Source: Leucoraja ocellata
Lineage: Eukaryota
Direction of reading: 5' to 3'
Length of the DNA: 64,000 bases
Assembly (NCBI GenBank): GCA_036785375.1
Contig: JAWMAR010000030.1
Span: 6,076,001 to 6,140,000, forward strand
The number at the start of each line of letters is the position of its first letter. Positions within the stretch are counted from its first letter, which is position 1. A model generated the notes under the pieces. That model made no database searches. It worked only from the letters and a program-made list of their open reading frames with translations, and was not told where the DNA came from. Below, piece after piece: positions 25,901 through 36,875 of this stretch. Both the position numbers and the translations under genes were made by a program.

Positions 25901-28763
25901 CCAGCGATCATCTACCATACACTTGCACTATCCTACACTAGGGACAATTTGCAATTATTACCAAAACTAATTAACTTATGCCACCCCTAAAATCTCTGTC
26001 CTGAAATATTAGCACAATTTTAACAAATCATGTCCACCATGATGAGGCAAGAGGCCACTTTGACTCTCTTTTGAATCTTCAATTCTCTGGCTAATATTTT
26101 CTGAACAGATGCATTTTTTTAAATCAAATCATTTCAATGTTCGCTGCATTGCTTAATGTGAGACTTTGTTGTGTGCAAAATGGTTGTGATATTTCTTGCA
26201 TCATAACGGTGAGTGCAGCAAAAGTACCTAGCTCCAAAGCATTTTGTAGTATCTTTCGGAAACACTTTTTAGATATGTCACCTATATTGTGGGTCTACGA
26301 ATGTATGGTTCTCCTTTTGAAAAATATATTCAAAAGGAGAAAAATACATGGGAACGGGATAGTCTTTAAAATTTGCTTTGTCTTAAAATTGTTGATTTGT
26401 GACTGAGCTCTTTTCTCTCTCATTAGCACAAAATGGATGTTGATGGTGATGATTTTCCAGTGGCCGTTCGTTGCTCAGAGGAACGACTATCAAAGGGCGG
26501 CATCTATTTGCTGGAGAATGGTTTGAACCTCTTCATATGGGTGGGAATGAGCACACAGCATGACCTCATCCAGAGCATCTTTAATGTGCAATCGTTTGGC
26601 CAGATTGACTCTGGAATGGTGGGTTTCAGATTAACACGAATCTTCCTTTTGTCATATTTAGCTCTGAGCCTAGATTAACACAAAAAAATGTTCTACTGCA
26701 TATCAAAACTAACCATGTACGACAGGTGTGCATCTGTGCATACCGTGACTTGAAAATGAACAATAATTTGTTCACCATTCTGACCAGTTGTTTCTTGAAT
26801 GTTAGAAGTATTGTCTTCAATCTGGTATGTTTGCAGTTGCTCTGGGTTTCAATCAAATGTGCTTTTAACTGTTGAAGCATGGGGCCTTCTGGTGTATAAT
26901 TTATACATGCGTACCTGAGTTTCCCAGAGCAGCATGCTTTAATTTAACTTGCTGCAGATTGTGAGAATGCATTCTGTGTTAGAATACTGTGCAGTCACGT
27001 CAACCATTCAAGGTTATTCGTGAATAAGCTGCACTTCGCACCAACTCCCCATAAATGGTGTTGCTGTTACATCAGGATTGATCCCTGAATATAACAGTGA
27101 TTGAAAGTTCACATTGTCTCAATTTCTCAACAGAATAGCAAAATTGCAATTTTAATTCCAATGGATCTTGTTCGATTGATCTGCATTCATGAGAAACTAG
27201 TGTCCCAATAAAGAAATGCTTCCAGTAAAGTAAATACGTAAACAGTAAAACGTATTACAGTTTTATAGTGACATTTGATACTGTTACGGTTCATAAATGT
27301 CTTCATTGTGCATTCAGTGCTAAGTTTTGATGACTATGCTTCCTGTCCTTTGTGCAATGCTAGCCATCTGGTTTAACTTGTATTTCATTTTCAGGCCACT
27401 CTGCCACAGTTGGATAACCCGTACTCCAAAAAATTGCGTTCCATGGTTGATGTAATTCGTGCTCAGAGACCCAGGTTTATGAAGGTAAAACACTCGAGTT
27501 CAGCAATACATAGCTGGCCATGATAATTGTTTGGATGATGTTTTATTTTTGGAACTTCCCATGTTAATCACTGAAAATCTGGAGGGAAGGGTTGACACAA
27601 TTGGAAAATGGTGGTGGCAGTTCTCCAGCCTCTCCATTTGCCCCATCATTTTCTAAACTTCAAGCTGGCAGAACTCTTGTATGGTTAGGCGCTTGTAACT
27701 TTGACATGGGGCCATATGGCTTATGGTGGAGGATAAAGCTTCCGCTACTTACAGAGTGGTTATACACAGAGTGCCTCCAGCTTATGTGACTATCGCCGCA
27801 ACTTTTCTCTCCCGCCTAACTCGTCTGCCAGTCAACCATTCCTTACCTGGAGGTAGACACAAAATGGAGGAGTAACTCAGCGGGACAGGCAGCATCTCTG
27901 GAGAGAAGGAATGGGTGACGTTTCCTCAGAGGAAGGATCTCGACCTGAAACATCAGCGATTCCTTCTCTCCAGAGTTGCTGCCTATCCCGCTGAGTTACT
28001 CCAGCATTTTGTGTCTACCTTGGATTTAAACCAGCATCGACAGCTCTTTCCTACGCATTCCGTACCTGGATCTGCCTATCACTTGCCCCACCCCTTCCCC
28101 TCAATATTCTATACCAATTATCTCCCCTCTTCAATCTTTGAAAAGGGTCCCAACCTAAATCATTATCTGTCCATTTCCTACCACAGATGCTGCCTGACCC
28201 GCTGAACTCCTCCAACATGGTGCTTTTAGATTAGATTATGTATTATGCAGGGAAAGGTATTAGTTCCTAATCTTGTTGTGCAGGGTCCTTTAGGCCTATC
28301 AGAAACAAGTCTGGCACTGGAGTGCAGTTTTGGACAGGAAACTGCATTGCTGGTGAGGTGTTAACCTTTGATGCCACCTTCCCACTGGATGTTGGTATTT
28401 CCTGTACTCTGTGATGAGGATTAGGGGATTTTCCATGCCCTGACCAACCTTTCATGATCCAGCACGAAGAAAACAGTTATTCAATTTACTATTTGTGGGA
28501 TCCAGCTTTGTGCAAAACTTGTGGTGGGTCTACAACAGAGTGGCCATCCTTTTAAATTAATACATTTGTTTTAATTATATGTGTTGCCCTGTGTTAAGGA
28601 CAATATGCTCTTGTGCTTGCAGCTCTTGATAGTGAAGCAAGAAGACAAGATGGAGGTGCTCTTCAAGCATTTTCTTATGGAGGACAAGAGTTCAAACGGT
28701 GGAGCCTCTTACGTGGACTTTCTATGCCATATGCACAAGGAGATACGACAACTGCTCAGCTAA
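1567..28763 (+). CDS. SEC24C: Protein transport protein Sec24C (5'-partial; 19 constitutive exons plus one cassette exon in the window)
   Basis: Manually spliced GT-AG exons give one open frame (2828 nt without the cassette exon): Pro/Gln-rich N-terminal part, CxxC..CxxC zinc finger, trunk/vWA ([10 protein letters not shown]), beta-barrel, helical and gelsolin domains. The C-terminus [19 protein letters not shown] matches recalled SEC24C rather than SEC24D. Confidence 0.96.
2505..2629 (+). CDS. SEC24C: SEC24C exon ([10 protein letters not shown]...[11 protein letters not shown])
   Basis: ctag|GT...CCT|gtaagc; 125 nt, phase 1-0. Confidence 0.92.
3332..3499 (-). mobile_element. CR1-type LINE 3' tail
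   Basis: Reverse complement of the tail of the CR1 copy at 54284-55000 (catagaaacatagaaaataggtgcaggagtaggcc). Confidence 0.75.
4774..4842 (+). CDS. SEC24C: SEC24C symmetric cassette exon ([23 protein letters not shown])
   Basis: Pyrimidine tract + aag|CAA...CCA|gtaagt; 69 nt, phase 0-0; repeats the end motif of the previous exon. Confidence 0.85.
6236..6347 (+). CDS. SEC24C: SEC24C exon (IQVIEDD...VKDQG)
   Basis: aacag|ATC...CAAG|gtagat; 112 nt. Confidence 0.95.
6425..6605 (+). mobile_element. Degenerate CR1-type LINE 3' fragment
   Basis: ggggaaagatttaataggaacctaagg...tttttccaca, a CR1 ORF2-end-like sequence. Confidence 0.55.
7088..7215 (+). CDS. SEC24C: SEC24C exon (NASPRFVRC...PADE)
   Basis: ttgcag|GG...GAG|gtaatc; 128 nt. 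Confidence 0.95.
9245..9383 (+). CDS. SEC24C: SEC24C zinc-finger exon ([11 protein letters not shown]...FQCAFC)
   Basis: gcag|GCA...GAAG|gtaact; 139 nt. Confidence 0.95.
9820..9935 (+). CDS. SEC24C: SEC24C exon ([10 protein letters not shown]...VDYCK)
   Basis: ctcag|TA...AAG|gtattc; 116 nt. Confidence 0.95.
10116..10690 (+). mobile_element. Penelope-like element 3' part with tandem pseudo-LTR repeats
   Basis: Shares sequence with the GIY-YIG-bearing copy at 50903-51382; the repeat unit (gggtctcgac..gaaacgtcacccattcc) occurs at both ends. Confidence 0.8.
10558..10585 (+). ncRNA. Minimal hammerhead ribozyme core motif (Penelope-associated)
   Basis: CUGAAGA-A-GGGU(CUCA)ACCC-GAAA-CGUC; catalytic boxes intact, stem III palindromic (ACGU). 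Confidence 0.6.
11110..11234 (+). CDS. SEC24C: SEC24C exon ([17 protein letters not shown]...)
   Basis: ttacag|AAT...AG|gtaaga; 125 nt. Confidence 0.95.
11507..11970. repeat. Two adjacent inverted pairs of Penelope-derived short repeats
   Basis: Each has a gcagcatct.. arm facing an ..agatgctgc arm. Confidence 0.7.
12226..12417 (+). CDS. SEC24C: SEC24C exon ([20 protein letters not shown]...)
   Basis: tctag|G...AG|gtaaga; 192 nt. Confidence 0.95.
13088..13181 (+). CDS. SEC24C: SEC24C exon (LLEQIPEMF...LEALK)
   Basis: tttcag|T...AAG|gtaagt; 94 nt. Confidence 0.95.
13251..13336 (-). repeat. Penelope-derived short repeat inside a 195-nt intron
   Basis: gacacaaagctggagtaactcagc...ggtcgagacccttcagt. 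Confidence 0.7.
13377..13493 (+). CDS. SEC24C: SEC24C exon (AAECAGKLF...DKEK)
   Basis: ttgcag|GCA...AAG|gtttgt; 117 nt. Confidence 0.95.
14186..14356 (+). CDS. SEC24C: SEC24C exon (TLFQPQ...YTYFQ)
   Basis: tgcag|ACG...CAG|gtaatg; 171 nt. Confidence 0.95.
16570..16666 (+). CDS. SEC24C: SEC24C exon ([12 protein letters not shown])
   Basis: actag|GCA...ACAG|gtatgt; 97 nt. Confidence 0.95.
17005..17362 (-). mobile_element. Rex1/Babar-like LINE 3' end
   Basis: The - strand encodes [45 protein letters not shown] and ends in a (gactt)n tail. Confidence 0.75.
17779..17924 (+). CDS. SEC24C: SEC24C exon (IRATDFFG...KHDDKL...IQ)
   Basis: tccag|GG...CAG|gtgaga; 146 nt. Confidence 0.95.
18928..19023. 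repeat. Inverted pair of Penelope-derived repeats
   Basis: gcagcatctctgga...tccagagatgcagc arms. Confidence 0.65.
19290..19650 (+). mobile_element. Old DeuSINE/SacSINE-like element
   Basis: Degenerate similarity to a recalled DeuSINE body and tail (atcaccaaagcagat...ttgggctgtgag..ttttgggacg). Confidence 0.4.
19770..19908 (+). CDS. SEC24C: SEC24C exon ([18 protein letters not shown]...)
   Basis: ctgcag|TGT...ATGG|gtaagg; 139 nt. Confidence 0.95.
21170..21450 (+). mobile_element. Highly degenerate Penelope GIY-YIG endonuclease fragment
   Basis: [25 protein letters not shown] resembles RCRLLYIGETKRRLGDRFTEHFRSV at 50.9 kb. Confidence 0.6.
21521..21539. repeat. Poly-C run (19 nt)
   Basis: Seen directly. 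Confidence 0.9.
22385..22503 (+). CDS. SEC24C: SEC24C exon ([13 protein letters not shown])
   Basis: gcag|CT...CAG|gtaaga; 119 nt. Confidence 0.95.
23010..23324 (+). mobile_element. tRNA-derived HE1-like SINE
   Basis: B-box ggttcgatcc and tail cctgtttccatgctgtatctctaaactaa; several copies in the window. Confidence 0.7.
23807..23980. repeat. Inverted pair of Penelope-derived repeats
   Basis: gagtaactcagc...ctgagttactcc arms. Confidence 0.7.
24359..24538 (+). CDS. SEC24C: SEC24C exon ([11 protein letters not shown]...YPRVLPV)
   Basis: cctag|CTG...GTG|gtaagt; 180 nt. Confidence 0.95.
25851..25977 (-). mobile_element. HE1-like SINE 3' fragment
   Basis: ggaaacaggcccttcggccc...cacactagggacaattt. 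Confidence 0.6.
26427..26618 (+). CDS. SEC24C: SEC24C gelsolin-domain exon ([16 protein letters not shown])
   Basis: attag|CAC...ATG|gtgggt; 192 nt. Confidence 0.93.
27395..27484 (+). CDS. SEC24C: SEC24C exon ([11 protein letters not shown]...FMK)
   Basis: ttcag|GCC...AAG|gtaaaa; 90 nt. Confidence 0.95.
27854..28225. repeat. Cluster of Penelope-derived repeats (inverted pair plus a further copy)
   Basis: gacacaaaatggaggagtaactcagcggga...ccgctgagttactccagcattttgtgtc. Confidence 0.7.
28623..28763 (+). CDS. SEC24C: SEC24C terminal coding exon
   Basis: tgcag|CTC...[11 protein letters not shown]; 141 nt. Confidence 0.96.
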   Translation, partial: LLIVKQEDKMEVLFKHFLMEDKSSNGGASYVDFLCHMHKEIRQLLS

Positions 28764-29886
28764 TCTGGGGCAGCAGGGTGGGATTGAGAGGATTGGACGG
28801 AGCTGTATACTCTGAGGGAAATGTTTCCCAGCTGTAGCCCAGCAGGCCCAGTGCTTGATGTCAGTAAGGGTCTTGTCTGTCAACAGCTGTCATGGAAGCA
28901 ACATGTGGCTAACCTGTTAATACTGAATGTAATGTAAGGAATTAATAGTACAGTATAATGTATATGATTTAGAATCTTCTATGAGAGCTATCTTTTCAAC
29001 ACTGGTATTACTGTGTCCCTTGTGTGTGAGGAGATGTGGGCAGGAATGCACTGTGTGGATGTATGGAAGGAAAACTCCAAATACACAAGATTTCAAGTCA
29101 ATAAATTGAACAAAATTCAGTTTGTGGCTTTGCTAACATGGTTTGACTTCTGGAAATTATTTTTATATGCATCAATAGTAATCATTTCATGTTGTACACA
29201 GCTTTCTTTTCTTGTTTCTGTTAATTAGGTCTTTAAATGTGAATAGATTTGTGAATGAAAATAAGTTATCTATTCACTTGGGAATGCTTAACCTTTGATT
29301 AATTTCCATAATATTTTCTCCCTTGCAGATTCTTAAAAAAAAAAACGTGACGTACAGAAATGGCTTTGGTGGGGGGTGGGCGGGTGGGGGAGAATTTTTT
29401 AAATGTTTGCAAATTTTCTGTATTTCTGTTTCAGATTTTAGATACTAATCAGAGAAGGGAGTAGATAGCAGGCATTCCCAAACTGCTGCCCTGTTCAAAG
29501 TCAATGATGGCTCCAATGTGTTTCATAATTGGAGTACCAACCATTATCCAACCAAACACATCAAATGCAAAAAGGAATGACTTAATTCAATCCTTCAACC
29601 ACAACTTTGTGTTTTGATTGTAAGCCTTGTGATTGCAAGACTTTGATAGGATTTGATGCCAATCTTTGAGGAGAGGAGTATATTACTGTTTTCATGTCCA
29701 TTACAAATCAGATGAGCAGTAGTGATCCAGGATTAAAGGCACAATTCCTTTTCAAGGCATTTTTCCTTTGTATTTTCCCATTCCTATTTATTAGGTCGGT
29801 TTACCATGCTGACTTTTGCAGCCTGCTGTAAAAATATATATATATAAAAAATGTGCTGTTGTAAACGGGACATTAAATTTTGATGC

Positions 29887-29892
29887 AATAAA
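29887..29892 (+). promoter_or_regulatory. Probable SEC24C polyadenylation signal (a proximal AATAAA also occurs at 29100-29105)
   Basis: AATAAA about 1.1 kb after the stop codon, followed by U/GU-rich sequence. Confidence 0.55.
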
Positions 29893-32324
29893 TACATTTC
29901 TTTTCAAATGCCTCATCAGATCTGCCCTTGGGTTTGTTTTAGTGTCAGCACACCACATTTGTACTGAATGGATCCATCTGTTCTTAGCTGCAGTTGACTG
30001 CATTCTTGAAAGAAATGCAGGCCTTCAGCTGCTTTAATCTATAACTTCAAAGTTGGGACTCTGATCAACACTGCTGAGCTAAAGTACACACCTAGGGAAA
30101 TCCATTTCTTAATCTAATCCTTTGTGATCCACCACTTTGAACCACTGGTGAAGGGTTTTGTAAATTTGAGTTGGGCACTTCTTTACTGAGACTTAAGCAA
30201 AGAAGCAAAACTTTATTTGTCCTCCGCTGCTGTAAATATAAGGAATATTTCTGCCCAGGTTGCTTCTAAACTTGCATGAATATGCAGTAGGGCTGTATTC
30301 TTTACAATCCTTCCTCACTTTCAGAATTCCAATTTATTGTTTGTTGGGGAAATAAGTGAAGTGAAGATAGTGTCTAAAATATAGGAAACCAAGTTTTGCA
30401 CTTGCACTTAACCTCTGTTCTCGCTTTACAGTGCAAGGTAGTTTTAATTGCCACACTAATTACAATTATTTATTTACATTTGGGACTTTCGTTTTGCTCT
30501 CGTAATTGTCCATTAAATAATGTTGGGAGATGCCCGTACAAATAGTGGATGAAAATCCAGGAGGGAAGATGTTTGTTTGAATCCTCCTCCAATGCTGGAG
30601 GAAGCATAAAGTGGGCAATGGACTGACTGTCCCCAAAGACTTCACAGCAGCAGTTTACAAAACTTGTAAAGGCAAGGCCTCGCCAAGAATAATGGGAGTG
30701 AGCCATAACTGGATAAGAGGCAAAGATCTTAATTAAGCAACTGACTGGTATTTTTTTAAATCTAACTATAGCTACCTGTGCAAGCATTCTGTTCTAGCCA
30801 TGATATTAGAGAGTCTACCTGTTGTTTCAGCTAAAAAAGCACTGCTTCCAATTATGTTTTCAATTGGGATATACACAATAGATAGACCAGTAAATCCTTC
30901 GATTATCTCAAATGAAGGCTGCTCATCTCATTGAAACTTAAAATTCAGTTCCAATTGAAGATGAAAAGCCCTCTACATTAAAGTTTGGTCTTAGCCGGTG
31001 GGATATCTGATTATTGACTGGAGCCACATCCATAGAACTTGTTCCAAGTCTAGGTATGATTGAACAGTGTTGCAACTTTACCTTGATCCTCCAGCATGTA
31101 CAGAGTCTTCTGAACATACGTCCATGGTTATTTTCCATCTGTTTTACACTGTTAATGAAAGATTGTCCCATGTTTTGTGAACTATTAACAATGTCTCTTG
31201 GCTACAAGTGGTTAATCACAAGGGATTCTGATGTCCCAGTATCCTGTAGACAACCTGGTAAGACTCAGCGAGCCTCCATGGGAACAGACAATGATAGGAA
31301 GCAATGATAATCCCTGAGCTGCTCGCAGATCCTTCCACAACTACAGCTGTTTTTAACTGCATCAAGGGGTGGAGGGTCCTATGAATCGTCAAACTAACTT
31401 TTTAAATAAAGTATTTGAGTGAAATGAAAAGCTTCAGTGTTCTGTGTGGCCATTTGTGAATTGGGTTAGAATTGCCTCTTCAAAGTACATTCAAAATATG
31501 AAAAGACCTTGTTCGTTCTTAATCCTTTTGATCCTTCACCTCTGCTTTTATACCTGCATTTTAATCTTTTTTTTAAATTGTTCCATTTGCATTGTTACCT
31601 ATCATTCATTGCCCATCCCCAGCTGCCCTCCACTCAGCAGAACTGAGGAGCTTGCTTCTGATAATACCCGCGTCTATCACAGTGGTGTATAAATATAGAA
31701 CAGAGTGGACAAGGTCGCTGAATTTTTCTAAGGATATTCCTGAATCTGGGCATTTGCAATTTAGTGAAGCTTCATGGTCGGCTTTACTGATACTAGCATT
31801 TCAAATGTTCCACCTGCTGTGGTGAGATTTAAACCCTTGCCTCGATAGCAATAACCCCAGACCTCCAGATACAAGTCCATTTGGCCACTGTGTGATAGCA
31901 CTCCACACTTGAACATAAGATGTTAATAATGACGTTCTTTTCTTCGACCAAGTAAATATCAACCATTCCACAGTGTTAACTTGAAGAAAGGTAGGAGAGG
32001 TCTCTGGTTTTCTTGCCAAAATATAACCTGAGCCAACATCTGATCATGAAAACATTCCTGTGCACAAATCAGGAACAATGTTAAACCTGCGGTATGGTGC
32101 ATGTGATAACCTGAAACGGATATGAAATGTACATTAAAGAAATGCAGAACGGACAGGCTGGAGATCTCTAGGGAACCATTTCATGGGTGCATCTGTCACA
32201 GTTGGTTTTCTTTGCTTGCCTTATCCTGAGCCCAACTGCCCAATTGACCATAGCACTGACATTTCCTTTGGTTGTGTTTCTAATGGAAACCTGGAGGGAA
32301 TTGTGGAGTACATTCTTGCTCAGA

Positions 32325-32455
32325 ATCATAAGATCATAAGTGATAGGAGCAAAATTAGGCCGTTCAGCCCATCAAGTCTACTCTGCCATACAATCATGGC
32401 TAATTGATCTCTCCCTCCGAACCCCATTCTCCTGCCTTCTCCCCATAACCTCTGA
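32325..32455 (-). mobile_element. CR1-type LINE 3' tail
   Basis: Reverse complement of the tail of the copy at 39080-39300. Confidence 0.7.
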
Positions 32456-33958
32456 GAATGTGCATAAGAGTTCTAGTTTGTGCGGGATCAATTATGAATG
32501 GATCTGCTCCTCATGATGGTGGGCGATGCATGCTGTAAACTGATGACAATTAGGCCATTTAAGAAATATCAGTTTGCATACTTGAAGTCAAATGGTGGCA
32601 CTTTAATAAACCGGATGTTCAGTTCAGCAGCCCTTGGAGCATGCATATGAGGAGCGGCTTGTGACTTTTTGCTTCTGGTGTCATATAAATTGAACATGGG
32701 CCATGGCTGGGTTAGATCACGGGAGGTTCCTCTGGCTGCATGAAGTACTGGATGGTAGCCACATTTTGAGCGCAATTATGCCCACATGCTTGAAGCTTTT
32801 AAAGAATAAGCAGCGAGTACTATACGTCAGTTTGACATTGGGAAGTGTGGTTTCCTGATGTAGAAATTATTCTGGAATAAGTACTTAAGCTTTCTCTAAG
32901 TCTTCTGAATGCCTCCTCTAAGCCTTCTGAAAGCCTCAATTCTCAGTTTAGATCATTCTATGTAGTCACTCTGAAGGATTTCACTCTACTTTTTCCCCTT
33001 TTTCTGATGAACATGTCCAACTGCCTTCTAGATTTTCAAGCATGGCTCTACTCTGTAATCTCCTCAGAGGCAGGCTGTTATCCATCCTACATGGTCTAAA
33101 ACTTCCAGTGCCTGTGGTTTTATTCCATTGTCTGGTGATTGGATTGATATTAAATTATAGTAATTAGTTAAAAATAAAAATCCTGCGAAGCATGTTATGA
33201 CTATACTCTCCGAACCGTTCATTGTTAGATGGTTTTGCCTCCTGCCTTTTGTCCAGGCAAAACACAGTTATCAGACACATTCATTGTGGTGTTTTGGTCA
33301 CTGATGGAATTCAGACTGGTATCGTGGAGGCTGATATAATGGAAAACCGTAAGATTAACCTATAAACCTGCACATTGTGAGTGATTAATTCCCTTCTAGT
33401 ATTCCTTACAAGCAAGGGTGCAAAAGATGGTATCAACCCACTGCCTGACCTTCGGGGCTATGTTAACTTTTTGATATTTTCTCATAACTTGTTTGAAACA
33501 GCAGAGTTAACTCTGAGCCTTTTCAAAGGCAGTTTGAAAGTAGTTGAAGGCCTGGAATCCTGCGCTGGCTAGGAGATTAGGTTTCCATTCCTTGGGCATT
33601 TATAAACCTCTTAGATTTTAATGACTTTCCTCATGGTCAGTTTACTGAGACCCATCTTCCTAAATTATTTTAAGAACTAAATTCTCATCCTCAACTTAGT
33701 TTGCGGTTTATTGGCCCTGGCTTTGAGACAAAACTATTAAACTACCAGATCGGTTATATGTTGCTTAAAAAAAGACATCACTAGTGAAACATTAGCGGCA
33801 TCATTCCTTTGATATACCAAGCAATGGTATCGGTTTGGAAGATAATGATACCAAGGTCAAATTTGAAGAAGGTAAGACAAGAACAAATTTCAATGTTACT
33901 ATAGGAGTACATTGAAATTTTCTTTCTAAAACAGTATGCGTTCTGCCCTTTGGGGATT

Positions 33959-33985
33959 GGGGGGGGGGGGGGGGGGGGGGGGGGG
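33959..33985. repeat. Poly-G run (27 nt)
   Basis: Seen directly. Confidence 0.9.
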
Positions 33986-34311
33986 TGGGAATCACTCTCT
34001 GCCTCTGTAAACCACCATAGGCCTCCTTGGGATGATTGTACAATCCCAACGATGGATAGTAATCTTGAGCCTAGCATCGCAAAACTTCACTGATTAAAAA
34101 AAGGTTCTCGTATCATTTGCCTGTTTAAAACCGCAGAGGTAGACTGGTTATTGGGTGTGTTTTTTTTTGTTTGGGAGTTGGAGTTTGGCCTAGTTTGGAG
34201 CCTTGGCTCTTTCTCAATCATCTTGAAGGCAGCACCAATTAGAAATTTGAGGCTGCTCTTGAGCTCTTAATCGCATCTGAGACTCGTGCTGGGAGAGCAC
34301 GGCCAAGCTAA

Positions 34312-34481
34312 CTATGGATACAAGATCTGCAGATGCTGGTTTACAAAAAAAGAGCATAGTGCAGGAGTAAGTGTGGAGAACATGGATAGGTGACGTTTCA
34401 GGTCTGGATCCAAAACGTCACCTATCCATGTTTCCAGACATGCTGACTGACCTACTGAGTTCCTCCAGCATTTTGTGTCTT
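34312..34481. repeat. Inverted pair of Penelope-derived repeats
   Basis: catggataggtgacgttt...aaacgtcacctatccatg arms. Confidence 0.7.
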
Positions 34482-34940
34482 TTACTGTTAAAACAAGAGA
34501 TGGGTGGCCTCTGCACTGGCTGTCACACCAAGATGTAACTTGAACATTGAGCATTCCACTGCTGTATCCGCCCACTCCCTCCATTATTTGCCTGGTATTT
34601 CATTCCCCTCCTTCCATTGATCAGTTATCCCTAGAGCGATGGTCACAATCAAGCAGCCTTCTCGTCCACTTCATTTCTCCATTTAAATGGAAAATTGTAA
34701 ACAAGAGATTGGTGCTCCAGAGACACGGAAACTCATCTGACATCCTTTAGTCTTTTCATCTTTCGCCTTTGTTTGTCAGTTACTCCACCCATGTGCCAAT
34801 CTAAACCTTCCTTAGATTGATTATCCTGCCTCCACTTTCATTTCCAGCTTTCTCTCCCCCTCACCCGACCCCCCCCACCAACCCCACCATCAGTCTGAAG
34901 AAGGTTCCTGACCTGAAAAGTTGCCTATCCATTCTCTCCG

Positions 34941-35230
34941 CAAATGCTGCTGCGTCACAGCACCAGGGACCTGGGTTCAATCCTGACCTCGCCTGCTGTC
35001 TGTGTGGAGTTTGCCCGTTCTCCCTGTGACTGGATTTCCTATGGGTGTTCTTGTTTTCTCCCACATCCCAAGGATGTGCAGGTTTATAGGTTAATTGGCC
35101 TCTGTAAATTGCCCCAAGTGTCCAAGGATTGGATGTGAAAGTGGGATAACAGACTAGTGTGAATGGGTGATCAATGGTGGGAGTGGAGTCTGGGCTGAAG
35201 GGCCTGTTCACGCTGTATCACGAAACTAAA
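34941..35230 (+). mobile_element. HE1-like tRNA SINE, preceded by a Penelope pseudo-LTR fragment (about 34740-34945)
   Basis: gggttcaatcctgacc B-box; body shared with the other copies. Confidence 0.7.
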
Positions 35231-36084
35231 GTTTCCTTACAGCAAGTTACAAGAAACTGGCTTCAAATTCTCGGCAGCTTGGTAAATCCAAGTTTTTCAA
35301 GTTTGATTGGAGACCAGTTCCAAGCGACGAATCACTGAGTGGGAATTAGTCCATGCCAACTGTAGGGTTTGTAACTGTGTGAATGTGCACTCAGTCACAC
35401 TCAAACAGATTTTATTTTCCACAATTGATTGCTGTCTTTATCACTTACCATTGCAACTTCAGCGTAATTATTCACACTCCAGCTATTATTAATCACACCA
35501 GTTTAATTTGTTACACTTGACATTTAAATTCACTTGCAGTGAGATCTTCAGCTGCGTAGGGAGAATAACATGCAATTTTTCCAATTTCAGCTCCTAGATC
35601 CTAGAATGTGTGAAGATTCTGAAGAGGGGTTACTCTTGCAGTAGGTATCGAGGCTTGGAGAGAGCTTAAAGTCTGGCAGCAATCTGCAAGCTAAATAGTC
35701 TTTTTCTGTCTAGTTCCCTCACACCCCGGAGTGCAGGTACAGTATCCTTCACCAGTGCTGCACTGGGTCATGTAGTTCCAGGCACAAACCCCTGGGAGGG
35801 GGAGATGTATTTCTAGTCGGGGAGCAGGGGAAACTGGAGAAGTGGGTCATTCGGTGGAATCTCCCAAACGTTTGCAGCTCACTGTGATTAATCCCATTGG
35901 ACTTGTGTAGAAGCCATGAAATTTGTCCTCGGGAGAAACTGTATTGACTCATTAGTGTCTTGGAACATTCTAGTCTGTTGAAAAGCAGCCTGTAGAATTT
36001 TATTGAAATGCATATAAAAGGAAAAATTAATTATCGCTGCACCAAAATACTTAAAGCGACTGCCCATAACTACATAGCGACTCC

Positions 36085-36289
36085 ACTCCACTGCAATGCG
36101 AGTTCAAAAGAACCATGCCGTCCAATTTTTACTCGCGGAAAATTTTTCAACATGCTGAAAAAAAACCGTGACCTAGCTGAGGCCGCGAGTATTCGGGAAC
36201 TTCCCTCGAGCATGAAGGAGAGTTCCAGTGACCTCCTCGGACCATGTGTCTAAACTGGCAGATTAGGTCGCCGCAGTGGGACAGCCCCT
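36085..36289. mobile_element. Remnant of a non-autonomous DNA transposon (Harbinger-like end)
   Basis: CpG-rich; ends in agtgggacagcccct, like the terminus of the element at 56531-56980. Confidence 0.5.
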
Positions 36290-36568
36290 ATAGTCAAGCA
36301 CTATCACCAAGATTTTCTTGTCTTTTATCACATTACTAACTGGGGCATCACTGTGTGTGAAAACAAGTATTCATGTTTCGTGCAATGGGGAAGCTGGAGT
36401 AGCTGAGGCACACTGCACAGAAGCAAGATCATTGCATGTGTAGATGGTGCAAGGTGATGGAGTATAAAATAATAATCCCAGGCATGGATTAGTTAGAACA
36501 AGTGGTGTGTTTGTGTAAAATTACTGTTTTTCGAATCTGCTTGTGATCAAAATAACAGGCGTGTTTCC

Positions 36569-36648
36569 TTTATTAAAAGTGATGACACCGCAGTGAATTT
36601 GTTTACAAATCCTGAAATGGTTTTTATAAATGTTTGATTACTTTTATT
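36569..36648 (-). promoter_or_regulatory. Candidate NDNF-like polyadenylation signals
   Basis: Two AATAAA on the - strand (36643-36648 and 36569-36574), about 1.1 kb past the stop codon. Confidence 0.4.
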
Positions 36649-36731
36649 AAATCGCAAAACTTATATCAAGACAAATGCATAAACAGTTGATGATTTAACC
36701 ATAGATTGAAATACAAGTCTTACTAACATTC

Positions 36732-36875
36732 ATGAATTTTAAGGAATCAAGGGATATGGGGTAAAAACAGGAATGGGATACTGATTTTAGATAATCAGCA
36801 ATGGTCATATTGAATGGAGGTACTGGCTCGAAGGGCCGAATCGTCTACTCCTGAACCTATTTGTCTATGGTTCTA
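36732..36875 (+). mobile_element. CR1-type LINE 3' tail
   Basis: aaggaatcaagggatatgggg...ggctcgaagggccgaa, matching 54860-54995. Confidence 0.75.

Noticed and set aside
1567-28763. SEC24D identity
   Set aside because: The C-terminus ([12 protein letters not shown]) and internal motifs fit SEC24C
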